From Anaerolineae bacterium (GTDB lineage: Bacteria > Chloroflexota > Anaerolineae > B4-G1 > SLSP01), in assembly GCA_035420085.1 (NCBI GenBank), contig DAOLUH010000003.1, positions 80,106-144,105 on the forward strand: a stretch of DNA of 64,000 bases, given 5' to 3'. Shown one piece after another: positions 26,523 to 34,794 of the stretch (position 1 is the first letter of the stretch; each line of letters starts with the position of its first letter). The translations under genes were made by a program, and so were the position numbers. The notes beneath the pieces are model-generated. The model searched no databases. It was given only the letters and a program-made list of their open reading frames with translations, and was not told where the DNA came from.

Positions 26523-29500
26523 TTATCCACCCCCCACAATCATCTCCAACTCCGTATCCGCCGGCGGCACAATCCCTGAAATGTCCACGAACTGTACCGG
26601 GAAGATTTCCATTTCACTTTCCTGGCTCAACGTCTTGCGCGTGCGGCGCACATAGCCCACCCCCGTAGGCATATTGAGCACGCTCAGCGTCCACTTGGAA
26701 TAGTCGTCGAGGCTTGTCTTTCCCGGCAAGCGCCCGGCCTTCGACACCGCGATTTCAGCATCTTTCACCGTACTCACCTTCTGGATAATCGCAATACTAC
26801 TGGAAGTCACCACGCCGGATGGCAACGGCTCCCAATGCTGCGCCGACGTCCACAGGTACAGGCCCAGCTTGCGTCCCCGGTCGGTGATGTTGTTCCACAG
26901 GCCCGCATCCTCGCCAATGGCCTGGGCGATCTCCGTTTGGGACGAGGCATCCGAGCGCATCACCACGTGGGCTTCTTCGACGAAAAGCAAGTGCTGCGGA
27001 ATGGGCCGGCCTTGACGTAAGTAATGCTCATAGCGTTCGTCCGCGTGCTGGTAGATGCCGGACACCATCAAGCCAATGATAAACTGCTTCAACGGCCCGT
27101 CATCGCCGAACTTCCCCGTAATCACCGTCGCTTTGTCCGGGGCCGTCCACTCGGTGACCGTCGTGCCGCCTGGCTGCCCGAAGGCGCGCCAGTACACCCC
27201 CTTCGGCAAGAACTCTTCCAGCTTGTCGATGATGCGCTTGACCACGCCGGCGGTGATTGTGTCGCTGCGGTCGGCGCTGAGTGCGGCGAAGCGGGAAACC
27301 AGGGCCTTGTGCAAGTCCTCCATACACAGATTCGCCGAACGGTCCAGGTACACCCTGCCGTCCTCCTCGATGACGCCCGCCGCGCGGTAAGCGTCCAGCA
27401 CTGCGCCCTTGAGCTGGTGGAAGCCGGTTGCCCCGGCGGGGTACGCCAGCAGCCAATGTTTGGCGAACGCCGCCGCCCACTTCGCCGGGTGCAAGTACGG
27501 GCTAGGGATGCGCAAGGGGTTGAATTGCAGAAGGGGCAAGGCAATGCCCGTAGCACCCGTTGGACTGTCAAAGGTCTCGACAGCACTGCCTTGCCCGTAC
27601 AGGGAATAATATTGGAGGTCCTTTGATGGAATCAGCAAGCCCAACTTACGCCATTCCCCCGTGGGATCGAAGACCGTCACCCCGATGCGCGGCGTTCCAC
27701 CTGCCGCGCCGGTCCGCACCGGCCCGGTGATGGGGGCAGAGATCGGGATGCCGTGCTCATCTTGCCGCAATGTGTTGACCACCTGCGAGACAAACCACAG
27801 CGCGGAGTTGGACTTGCCGGAGCCGGAATCCCCGACGATGACGGCGTGCATCAGTTCGTCGGCGCGGAAGCGATGGACGTTGTTGGGATCAGGCTGCAAG
27901 TTGACGTCCAACACCGTGCCCAACGCGATTTCCCCTTGGGTGCGGCGATGCGACAGGTCTTCCGGCCAGGCGTCCAGCGAGGCCGAAATCGTGCCGTCCG
28001 AGATGCGAATCGGGTGGACGAGCGCCGATAACTCGTTGGCCGTCAGGGTTTGCGCGTGGCGCAGCGTGTCGAACGGCCCGGCGTCTTCCGCACGCTCGTC
28101 GAAGTCCAGGGTAATGGCCCGTTGCCACAAGGTCTCGTCCCCCGCGCGCGCCGCGACAGGCACGACGACGTTCTCCTCGCGCATCGCCGCAATGGACGCC
28201 GCAGCCAACCGTTCCAGCCGAGATTCGTCAGGAGCCAGCAGCGTCACCTGCGTCAGGAACAGCCCAGTATCCAGCCCTGCGCTCAAGCGGCGTACCTGCT
28301 GGTCAAGCAACTGCGCCACCAGGTCACGCTGTGTGTCCACGATCTGCCGCCCGAAGGCCAGGCCCGCCACCAGCGAACCGCCGGATGGCCCCATCACGCC
28401 GCGTGTCGTCACCTGGGTACGGCCCGCGTTGGCGACCGTTGCCCCGACCTGTTCGGCGGCCTGGGCTTGCACATACTCGCGCCCTTCGCCGATCATCGCC
28501 TCTTGCCGCGCTTCGGCCCCGTCGATCTGCTCTTGTGAGTCACGGTAACCATCAAAGGTCTCGCTGCGGAAGCCGTTGACCACGCGGTTGGTCTCGCGTT
28601 GCAGCGCGCGGTCGGCGACGATCACATCTTGCTGCGAGAGATGCCCGCTACGCTGCCCGGTCTCGGCATAGCTGCCGCTAAAGGTACGGGCGAAGTGCTC
28701 GACGCCTTGATAGCCATCGCGGGTGGCCTGCTGCCAGGCAGTGTCTTGATCCACGGCACTCTCCCAGGCGCGCTGCGCTTCGCGGTCGGTGTGACTGGCA
28801 TCCTGGTAGGCTTCGCTGTAGCCATAAGCCACTTGACTGCTTCGTACCCCGCCCCCACTGCGCCATTCCGCCGTCTGCACCGTCTCATTGCCCTGCCAGG
28901 TCTGACCCAGCGCCTCCTGCTGGTTGCCGCTGCGTTCGTAGGCATTGTCCGACTGCTCGAAGCCTGCTGTGACCGTGCTTTGCTGCGTGTCGCGGGTGGT
29001 GTCCAGGTTACCCTCAGCCTGCGCGATTTCGTGGTCGCGGGATTCGTACATATTGCCACGCTCTCCGGCCTCCATTGTTTCACCCCCGCCGATGCCGAAG
29101 ATGCGCGGGGCCAGGTTGCCTTCCACGCCTTGATCAGCGTAGGTCTGCATCTGCGCTCCGTCACCCTGCACGTTACTTTCGGTGCTGCGGTCGAAGCCCT
29201 CGCTGCTGTACACGCTGCTGGCTCCGGTTTCGGACTGCTGGTAGCCGCCCTCGCTGTGTTCGTTGCCCGCCCCGCTGAACGACCGCTCGGTCTGTTCGTT
29301 GTAGCCGCCTTCCCAGGCACGGCTGCTGCCCCCGCTGTAGCGTTCCCCGACGCTGAAGTTTTCCACGGATGAACGGCTACCTGCCCCGGAGCGCACGCCG
29401 GAAACCCGCTCATTGATGCTCTCGGCGCTGTGCAGATTGCCGGTCTCATCGGTGTGCTGCTGGCGGTTGCCCTGCTGCGTGGCATCGCGCGCACCCTGGG

Positions 29501-30539
29501 TTTGCACCACACCGGCTTCGCTGCCGCTATACGAGCGGGACAAGGAATAACGGTCGGCATAGTCGCGTTCCAGGCTGACCTGCGCTTCTTCGTGCTCGTT
29601 CACCTGTTCACTCACGTGCTGCTTCTCGTAGTAGCCGGTGTTCTCCTGGCCTTGATGCGCCTCGTGGCTCGCGGTCTCACGGCGGTAGGCGCTGACGCTG
29701 TCGGACTGCCCGGCGGCCAGGCGATGGGCGTTCTGCTCGGTGCGCAAGCTTTGGTCGGCCCGCGTCACCTGGGTGGCACGATGGGTCTGTTCGCTGAACA
29801 CCGCCACCGGATTGAGGAACAGGGGCAGCACCGCACTCACATTGGCCGACTCGCTCTGCTTGACCTTGGAGGCGAAGTAGCTCAGGGCTTGGGCAGTGTC
29901 GGTCAGCATCCGCCGGATGTCCAGCGCGTGCAAGGGGTGTGCCAGGGTCAGGACGGCGAACGGCTCCCCGGCCAGCGCGGCGGCGATGACCTCGAGCTGC
30001 TCTTGCGCATCGGTGGTCACCAGTTGGTTGATGCCGTGCCCTGACCCCATCCCGGGTGCAAGGCGCGGCACCATCTGGCCGATGAGGGACGCGGTGTAGT
30101 GACAATCCCACAGATGCCGGTACAGCGCCGCGGCTTCGTCGCCGGATAGCAGCGTAAAGCGCGACTGCCGGAAGCGCCCTTGCAACGCCGCGACCAGACG
30201 TGCCGAGTTGAGCGCAGCCGCTTGCACGGCCTTTTCCTGAGTCTCTGCCGTTGCCAGCCCGCCGTAGACCTGAACGAGGCCCAATTCGGGCACATTGGCC
30301 AGGCCAAAGGCGGCGGCGGTGTTGCGCGCACCTTGTGGATCGTACAGGCTGCTCACCACGTCGTCGGTGAGTTCCAGGTGCGTCCGCGCGTGGCGATAGG
30401 GCTTGCGCAGGATGCGCAGCGCGTGCGGCGACCACGCCCGCCAGCCGTCGGGCAAGGCCCAGGCATAGGCGTGCAAGGATGCGCCGTCGGGGGTCAGGGT
30501 CATTGAGAAAGTGTTGGTGTTGGTGTTTGTGTTGTTCAT
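26523..30539 (-). CDS. 1338-aa HerA/FtsK-superfamily (DUF87-like) P-loop ATPase with a unique N-domain and a ~440-aa low-complexity disordered linker
   Basis: AAGGAGA RBS before ATG at 30539. C-terminal half: 'GEIALGTVLDVNL...ELMHAVIVGDSGSGKSNSALWF' (HAS-barrel-like segment + Walker A) and 'QHLLFVEEAHVVM' (HerA-type Walker B hhhhEEAH). Residues ~260-700 are a Q/S/E/G/Y/R-rich region with no recognisable fold. Confidence 0.7.
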   Translation of the reverse strand: MNNTNTNTNTFSMTLTPDGASLHAYAWALPDGWRAWSPHALRILRKPYRHARTHLELTDDVVSSLYDPQGARNTAAAFGLANVPELGLVQVYGGLATAETQEKAVQAAALNSARLVAALQGRFRQSRFTLLSGDEAAALYRHLWDCHYTASLIGQMVPRLAPGMGSGHGINQLVTTDAQEQLEVIAAALAGEPFAVLTLAHPLHALDIRRMLTDTAQALSYFASKVKQSESANVSAVLPLFLNPVAVFSEQTHRATQVTRADQSLRTEQNAHRLAAGQSDSVSAYRRETASHEAHQGQENTGYYEKQHVSEQVNEHEEAQVSLERDYADRYSLSRSYSGSEAGVVQTQGARDATQQGNRQQHTDETGNLHSAESINERVSGVRSGAGSRSSVENFSVGERYSGGSSRAWEGGYNEQTERSFSGAGNEHSEGGYQQSETGASSVYSSEGFDRSTESNVQGDGAQMQTYADQGVEGNLAPRIFGIGGGETMEAGERGNMYESRDHEIAQAEGNLDTTRDTQQSTVTAGFEQSDNAYERSGNQQEALGQTWQGNETVQTAEWRSGGGVRSSQVAYGYSEAYQDASHTDREAQRAWESAVDQDTAWQQATRDGYQGVEHFARTFSGSYAETGQRSGHLSQQDVIVADRALQRETNRVVNGFRSETFDGYRDSQEQIDGAEARQEAMIGEGREYVQAQAAEQVGATVANAGRTQVTTRGVMGPSGGSLVAGLAFGRQIVDTQRDLVAQLLDQQVRRLSAGLDTGLFLTQVTLLAPDESRLERLAAASIAAMREENVVVPVAARAGDETLWQRAITLDFDERAEDAGPFDTLRHAQTLTANELSALVHPIRISDGTISASLDAWPEDLSHRRTQGEIALGTVLDVNLQPDPNNVHRFRADELMHAVIVGDSGSGKSNSALWFVSQVVNTLRQDEHGIPISAPITGPVRTGAAGGTPRIGVTVFDPTGEWRKLGLLIPSKDLQYYSLYGQGSAVETFDSPTGATGIALPLLQFNPLRIPSPYLHPAKWAAAFAKHWLLAYPAGATGFHQLKGAVLDAYRAAGVIEEDGRVYLDRSANLCMEDLHKALVSRFAALSADRSDTITAGVVKRIIDKLEEFLPKGVYWRAFGQPGGTTVTEWTAPDKATVITGKFGDDGPLKQFIIGLMVSGIYQHADERYEHYLRQGRPIPQHLLFVEEAHVVMRSDASSQTEIAQAIGEDAGLWNNITDRGRKLGLYLWTSAQHWEPLPSGVVTSSSIAIIQKVSTVKDAEIAVSKAGRLPGKTSLDDYSKWTLSVLNMPTGVGYVRRTRKTLSQESEMEIFPVQFVDISGIVPPADTELEMIVGGG

Positions 30540-30556
30540 AGGGTCTCCTTTGATTT

Positions 30557-30614
30557 GGTAGACGGTAGACAGTAGACGGGTTTTCTTTCCCTGTCTACCG
30601 TATTCCGTCTACTG
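30557..30614. repeat. GTAGACNG word hairpin between the 4-TM gene and the HerA-like gene
   Basis: GGTAGACGGTAGACAGTAGACGGG ... CCCTGTCTACCGTATTCCGTCTACTG. A related GTAGATGGTAGACGGCAGACAGTAGAC lies at 34544-34570, upstream of the kinase gene. Confidence 0.6.
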
Positions 30615-31007
30615 ACGCTTAATCTGTTGAATAACATCCCGGCTTGCCATCCGCCCACCGAAGAACGGCGTACTGCGGTCCCAGAACAGGAAGCGCAAGA
30701 TGTAGGCATAGAAGCCGATGGCCGACATCACGGCGAAGCCCAGCAGCCACACTGAAATGCCGTAGAGCGTCGTCGCGCCTGGCTCCGGCGTGCCGCTGAC
30801 CAGCAATGCAGCGATGCGGTAGGCAAAGAGCAAGCCGGCGTTGCCCGCGAGGAAGAAGTAGATGTAGTTCGTGGTCGCCGCGCGGTCATCGGGCTTGAAG
30901 TAGGCCAGCGCCAGCGCCGCGCCCCACATTGGGGCCAAGACCCAGCGCAGTGCGCCAGGGGCCAGGACGAGGGCCAGGGTGTGTAAGGCCAAGATCAAAT
31001 ATGGCAT
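30609..31007 (-). CDS. small 4-TM membrane protein
   Basis: Track ORF 30609..31160, trimmed to ATG at 31007 (AGGAGG RBS): MPYLILALHTLALVLAPGALRWVLAPMWGAALALAYF... Four hydrophobic helices. No homology recognised. Confidence 0.55.
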   Translation of the reverse strand: MPYLILALHTLALVLAPGALRWVLAPMWGAALALAYFKPDDRAATTNYIYFFLAGNAGLLFAYRIAALLVSGTPEPGATTLYGISVWLLGFAVMSAIGFYAYILRFLFWDRSTPFFGGRMASRDVIQQIKRQ

Positions 31008-31107
31008 TGTGTGTTTCCTCCTATCTATAAATATGTACGTTTCGACAGAGTTTTCAGGATAGTGCATCTTTTCAACCTGTTCAACCTGTCGATCCTGTCC
31101 AAGAAAA

Positions 31108-31265
31108 CGAAAAAGGGGAGGACGCGGGATTGATCCCGTGTCCTCCCCTTTTATTCTCATCTCGGTGTTACGCGGTCAGAGCGCCGCAGGCTTGGAGGTT
31201 CCTGCGGTTTGGAGCCGAAGCCCCGGACTTTTGCGCCTGGAGGGTGATGCTGTATCCAGGTTTAT
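31108..31265 (-). ncRNA. candidate ~155-nt structured 5' leader or sRNA (copy 2), homologous to 16692-16845
   Basis: Minus-strand RNA hairpins: CCTGGA-tacagcatcaccc-TCCAGG, GGGGC-ttcg-GCTCC and CCGCAGG-aacctccaag-CCTGCGG, then CGCTCTGAC. Terminator GGGGAGGACrCGGGAT-caa-TCCCGCGTCCTCCCC followed by TTTTT (plus 31109-31148). Lies ~100 nt upstream of the 4-TM gene. Confidence 0.45.
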
Positions 31266-31269
31266 ATCT

Positions 31270-31299
31270 ATTATACCATATTCATACCTTGAATTTCAA
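31270..31299 (-). promoter_or_regulatory. sigma70-type promoter of leader copy 2
   Basis: Minus strand reads CCCCCCTTGAAA (-35, plus coordinates 31294-31299), an 18-nt spacer, then TGgTATAAT (extended -10; TATAAT = 31270-31275). Confidence 0.45.
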
Positions 31300-31372
31300 G
31301 GGGGGAATGGCTCAATTGCTCAATGTCTGATAATATACAGACTCTTGTGAGATACTCGTAGCTATTTACCCT

Positions 31373-34300
31373 TTACTTTCGCTCTTTGACGATTTGCTGT
31401 AACCATTTCCGGCGCTGTTCGAACGCTGATTTGAGATGAGAGGGCACATACTGTGCAATACTTTGCTCTACTAATGTCATAAACCCAGGGCTACGCATCA
31501 ATGGAAACTGTGCCACCGCACGTCGCATTGCCGGTAACGAGTCAGTAGCCTGAAATGCTTGGAACGCTTGTTTTGTCTCTGTTAAGGCCTCTTGCTTCTG
31601 GGATTCTATCTTTTGGAGTTCTACCATAAATTGTTCTGCCTGTTGTCGATTAGGGCTACCGATTTGCTTCCAGAGAAGCGCTGCCTTTTGCGCCAGAGGA
31701 ATTGCACGGGTTATGTCATCTTGTTGTACGTAAAGTCGTGCCATGTTGAAGGAAAAGTGTGCTACACCGTCATTATCTCCGGCTTCACGCAAGATTACCA
31801 ATGCCTGCTCATAATACTCAACAGCGCGTCGTGTGTTACCCAAATTTGCATACGCATTTCCCAGATTACCCAAAGCATTTCCCTCGTCACGCCGCTCACC
31901 AATCTTCCGGGCAACCTCATAATATTTTTCGTAAAATGCGATGGCGTTTTGTGTGTTTCCCAAGGCAGCATAGGCCACCCCCAGACTTCCCAAGGCGTTC
32001 ATTTCTTTGTACGGATCGCTGGCCTTGCGAGCAATCTCCAACTGTTGACTGTAGTAGCTAATGGCGCTGTGTGGATCATCTGAGTCAACGTGGGTAATCC
32101 CAGGATCTGCATCTTGGGCGGCTTGCGTCCTGATCTGTGCCAAAATTTCACGCACAAGGAGCGTGTGCCCATGGTCCATTTCTGCCGTAAGGATGGCCTC
32201 ATTTCGTTCTCCGGTCCAAATGCGGCGGATAGGAGCAATGATATTCCACCCGTTCTGCTCGATGTGTGGGAATGCTTCTTCCACTGCCGCACGGGCTTGG
32301 CGGTCGCCTCGTGCTGCTGCAGCTATAGCCTGAATAAGCGGTGTAAAGCTCTCGATAAGTTCCACATCTGCTCTGATCTGAGTATCAAGTTCTACAACGA
32401 GTTGTTGCGCAATCTGCGCACTTGGACTGCCGATTTGTGTCCAAATCTGAGCAGCTTCCTGCGCCAAAGGTAATGCTTGTGTCATTTTCCCTTGTTCTGT
32501 GTATAAGCGGGCAATATTGAATGACTGTCTTGCCACACCGTCAATATCGCCAATCTCACGGGCAATGGTAAGTGCTTGACTGTAGAGTTCATTAGCACGG
32601 CGAGTCTCTCCCAATCTAGCGTAGGCTGCTCCCAGGTTGCCCACGGCTCTTCCTTCTCCACGTCGGTTGCCGATCTCACGCCAGATTGTTAAAGCCTGTT
32701 CAGTAAAGCTGATGTCACGGTGCGCATCACCCAGAAGCCCATACGCTACTCCCAAATTGGTTAGGTCATTCCCTTCTCCATACCGATCGCCGATCTCGCG
32801 ACGGATGACTAGTGCTTGCTCATAATACTTAATCGCTTGACGTGTATCCCCTAAATCTTTGTAGGCAATACCTAAGTTACCTAAAGTAATTACTTCTTCA
32901 ATCCGATGACCGAGTTCACGTTGAATCGTCAATGCCTGTTCGTAATACTGGATAGCACGGTTGGCATCTCCTAGATTTTTATAAGCCACTCCCAGATTCC
33001 CCAGAACATCGCTCTCCCCTATCTTATGACCAAGTTTACGGTCAATGATCAATGCCTGCTCGTAATATTGGATCGCCTTTCTCAGATCACCCAGGTTCTT
33101 GTGCGCAACTCCCAGGTTGTTCAGTACGGTACTTTCACCAAGTGCATCATTCATGTCACGGGTTATAACCAAGGCTTGTTCATAATATCCGATGGCGCGA
33201 TGAGTGTCACCCAATTGCTGATAAGCTCCCCCCAAACCTAAAAGCGCCTGTGCTGAATACAAATTTTCTGACTGCAAAATTGCAATTGCGCGTTCAAAAT
33301 AGCTTATAGCCACTTCCACTTTACCAATATCCAAGTAAGCTATTCCAATGACACTATACGATGAGGCAATTTGTAACAGTTCTTCGCGGATCAACACAGT
33401 CGCATCGGCAGGCGGCGGCGCGGGGCGTTCGGCTATAGTGGCATACGCAGACGCCAGAGCAAATTCAAGGCTCTCCCAATCCGCGTAACGGTCGCCTGGA
33501 TTGAGCGCAAGGCAACGGCGTAGAATATAACGCACCGGCGCGGGGATGCTCTCAGGCAGCGGGCGCAAGTTGCCGGTGCGATGAGCATATTCCAACGCTT
33601 CCCAACTCTCAATAGGCGCTGCGGTATAGCCGGTGAACATCTCGTAGAGGATGCAGCCAAGCGCGTACGCATCCGTATAGACGCCCACGGGCGCGCCCTG
33701 CCATTGTTCCGGGGACATATACAGCTTCGTACCAGCGCCCTGTGTAAATTGTGCCTGTCCCACATCTACTTTGTCTATCTTGTTAGAATGTGTTATGGAT
33801 GCATTTGTTTCAACTATTTTGGCTAACCCAAAATCAGTCACGCGCAGCCGGTTGATCTGCGTATCCGGCAAATGATCCGCGCCTACCAGCACATTTTCCG
33901 GCTTGAGATCGCGGTGGACGAAGCCGGGGATGCGCGCGACAGCGTGCTGCATCCCGCGCGTGATTTGTAACGCGAAGAGCAGCGCCGTCTCCGGCGGCAG
34001 TGGACGCCCCCCGGCTTGCCCTGAGCCATATCGAAGGGGTAACCATGAACGCAGCGAGGCGTCTTCACGCTCTTGCCCTTTGGCAATCAGTTCCAGCGCC
34101 AGGTAGACTTCCAGGCCGGTGGTGTCACGGATAACCTCATAGCATCGCACGATGTGCGGATGCGCGCCCAGGTTCATCCAGGTGGTACCTTCGCGCAGGA
34201 ACCGGTCGCGGGTGGCCCGGTCGGGCAAGTATTCCGGCTTGAAGGTTTTGAGCGCCACGGGCAAGTCTTGCTGTTGATCCCGGCAGATATAGACGATGCC

Positions 34301-34525
34301 CATGCCGCCCATCAGCGGGTCGCCGACGACTTCGTAACGTCCGAGGATTGTGTCGCCGGAGCGGTAGACTTTCTGCACCGATTGGGATGCGATTCCCGGG
34401 GCCGGAGACGCAGGTGGGGGCGCAGGCGGCGCGACGGGAGGGGCAGTGCGCGGCGCAGCGGTCTGTGATGGCTTTGCCGGTTCTGGTTCGCCTTTTTGGC
34501 CTAACAGCTTTTTGAAAAAACTCAT
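31373..34525 (-). CDS. Ser/Thr protein kinase fused to a long TPR array
   Basis: 1050 aa. Pro-rich N-terminus. Hanks kinase motifs 'GGMGIVYICRD', 'VALKTFKPEY', 'HRDLKPENVLV', 'DFGLAK', 'SPEQ'. Then ~15 TPR units of the form YEQAL.I.REIGDR..EG..L.NLG.AY. A sharp G+C drop near 33400 coincides with the kinase/TPR boundary. Confidence 0.85.
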   Translation of the reverse strand: MSFFKKLLGQKGEPEPAKPSQTAAPRTAPPVAPPAPPPASPAPGIASQSVQKVYRSGDTILGRYEVVGDPLMGGMGIVYICRDQQQDLPVALKTFKPEYLPDRATRDRFLREGTTWMNLGAHPHIVRCYEVIRDTTGLEVYLALELIAKGQEREDASLRSWLPLRYGSGQAGGRPLPPETALLFALQITRGMQHAVARIPGFVHRDLKPENVLVGADHLPDTQINRLRVTDFGLAKIVETNASITHSNKIDKVDVGQAQFTQGAGTKLYMSPEQWQGAPVGVYTDAYALGCILYEMFTGYTAAPIESWEALEYAHRTGNLRPLPESIPAPVRYILRRCLALNPGDRYADWESLEFALASAYATIAERPAPPPADATVLIREELLQIASSYSVIGIAYLDIGKVEVAISYFERAIAILQSENLYSAQALLGLGGAYQQLGDTHRAIGYYEQALVITRDMNDALGESTVLNNLGVAHKNLGDLRKAIQYYEQALIIDRKLGHKIGESDVLGNLGVAYKNLGDANRAIQYYEQALTIQRELGHRIEEVITLGNLGIAYKDLGDTRQAIKYYEQALVIRREIGDRYGEGNDLTNLGVAYGLLGDAHRDISFTEQALTIWREIGNRRGEGRAVGNLGAAYARLGETRRANELYSQALTIAREIGDIDGVARQSFNIARLYTEQGKMTQALPLAQEAAQIWTQIGSPSAQIAQQLVVELDTQIRADVELIESFTPLIQAIAAAARGDRQARAAVEEAFPHIEQNGWNIIAPIRRIWTGERNEAILTAEMDHGHTLLVREILAQIRTQAAQDADPGITHVDSDDPHSAISYYSQQLEIARKASDPYKEMNALGSLGVAYAALGNTQNAIAFYEKYYEVARKIGERRDEGNALGNLGNAYANLGNTRRAVEYYEQALVILREAGDNDGVAHFSFNMARLYVQQDDITRAIPLAQKAALLWKQIGSPNRQQAEQFMVELQKIESQKQEALTETKQAFQAFQATDSLPAMRRAVAQFPLMRSPGFMTLVEQSIAQYVPSHLKSAFEQRRKWLQQIVKERK

Positions 34526-34578
34526 TGTATCCTCCTGGTAAACGTAGATGGTAGACGGCAGACAGTAGACAAGTACTT

Positions 34579-34794
34579 CGTCAACCTGTCAGGGTTGTTC
34601 ACACGCCGGGTGCACCAACAGCCACGTATCGCTGGCCTTGAGAATATCACCTTCGGTCAGGCGGAGTGTTTCAGTGGTGATGCGCTCTTCGGTGTTGAGA
34701 CGGTATGTGCCGTGCGGCGATTGGACGCCAATTAATGTCCAGCCCTCCGCATTCGGTTTGAAGCGCGCCTGCGGCGTCGCCTGACGCTTACCCC
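34579..34794 (-). pseudogene. start-less ORF remnant encoding an FHA-like C-terminal segment; inferred displaced 3' end of the nucleotidyltransferase gene at 39117-40001
   Basis: Hand translation (minus strand): FKNRGKRQATPQARFKPNAEGWTLIGVQSPHGTYRLNTEERITTETLRLTEGDILKASDTWLLVHPACEQP*. No ATG or GTG start; bounded upstream by TAG at 34795-34797. 'GxxLxxxxSxxGTxxN......L..GD.i' resembles the distal half of an FHA domain. Confidence 0.45.

Noticed and set aside
34579-34794. Stand-alone FHA-domain gene next to the Ser/Thr kinase
   Set aside because: There is no ATG/GTG/TTG start in the open frame, which is closed by TAG at 34795-34797. Only the distal half of an FHA-like pattern is present. It is better explained as the displaced 3' end of the NTase gene.
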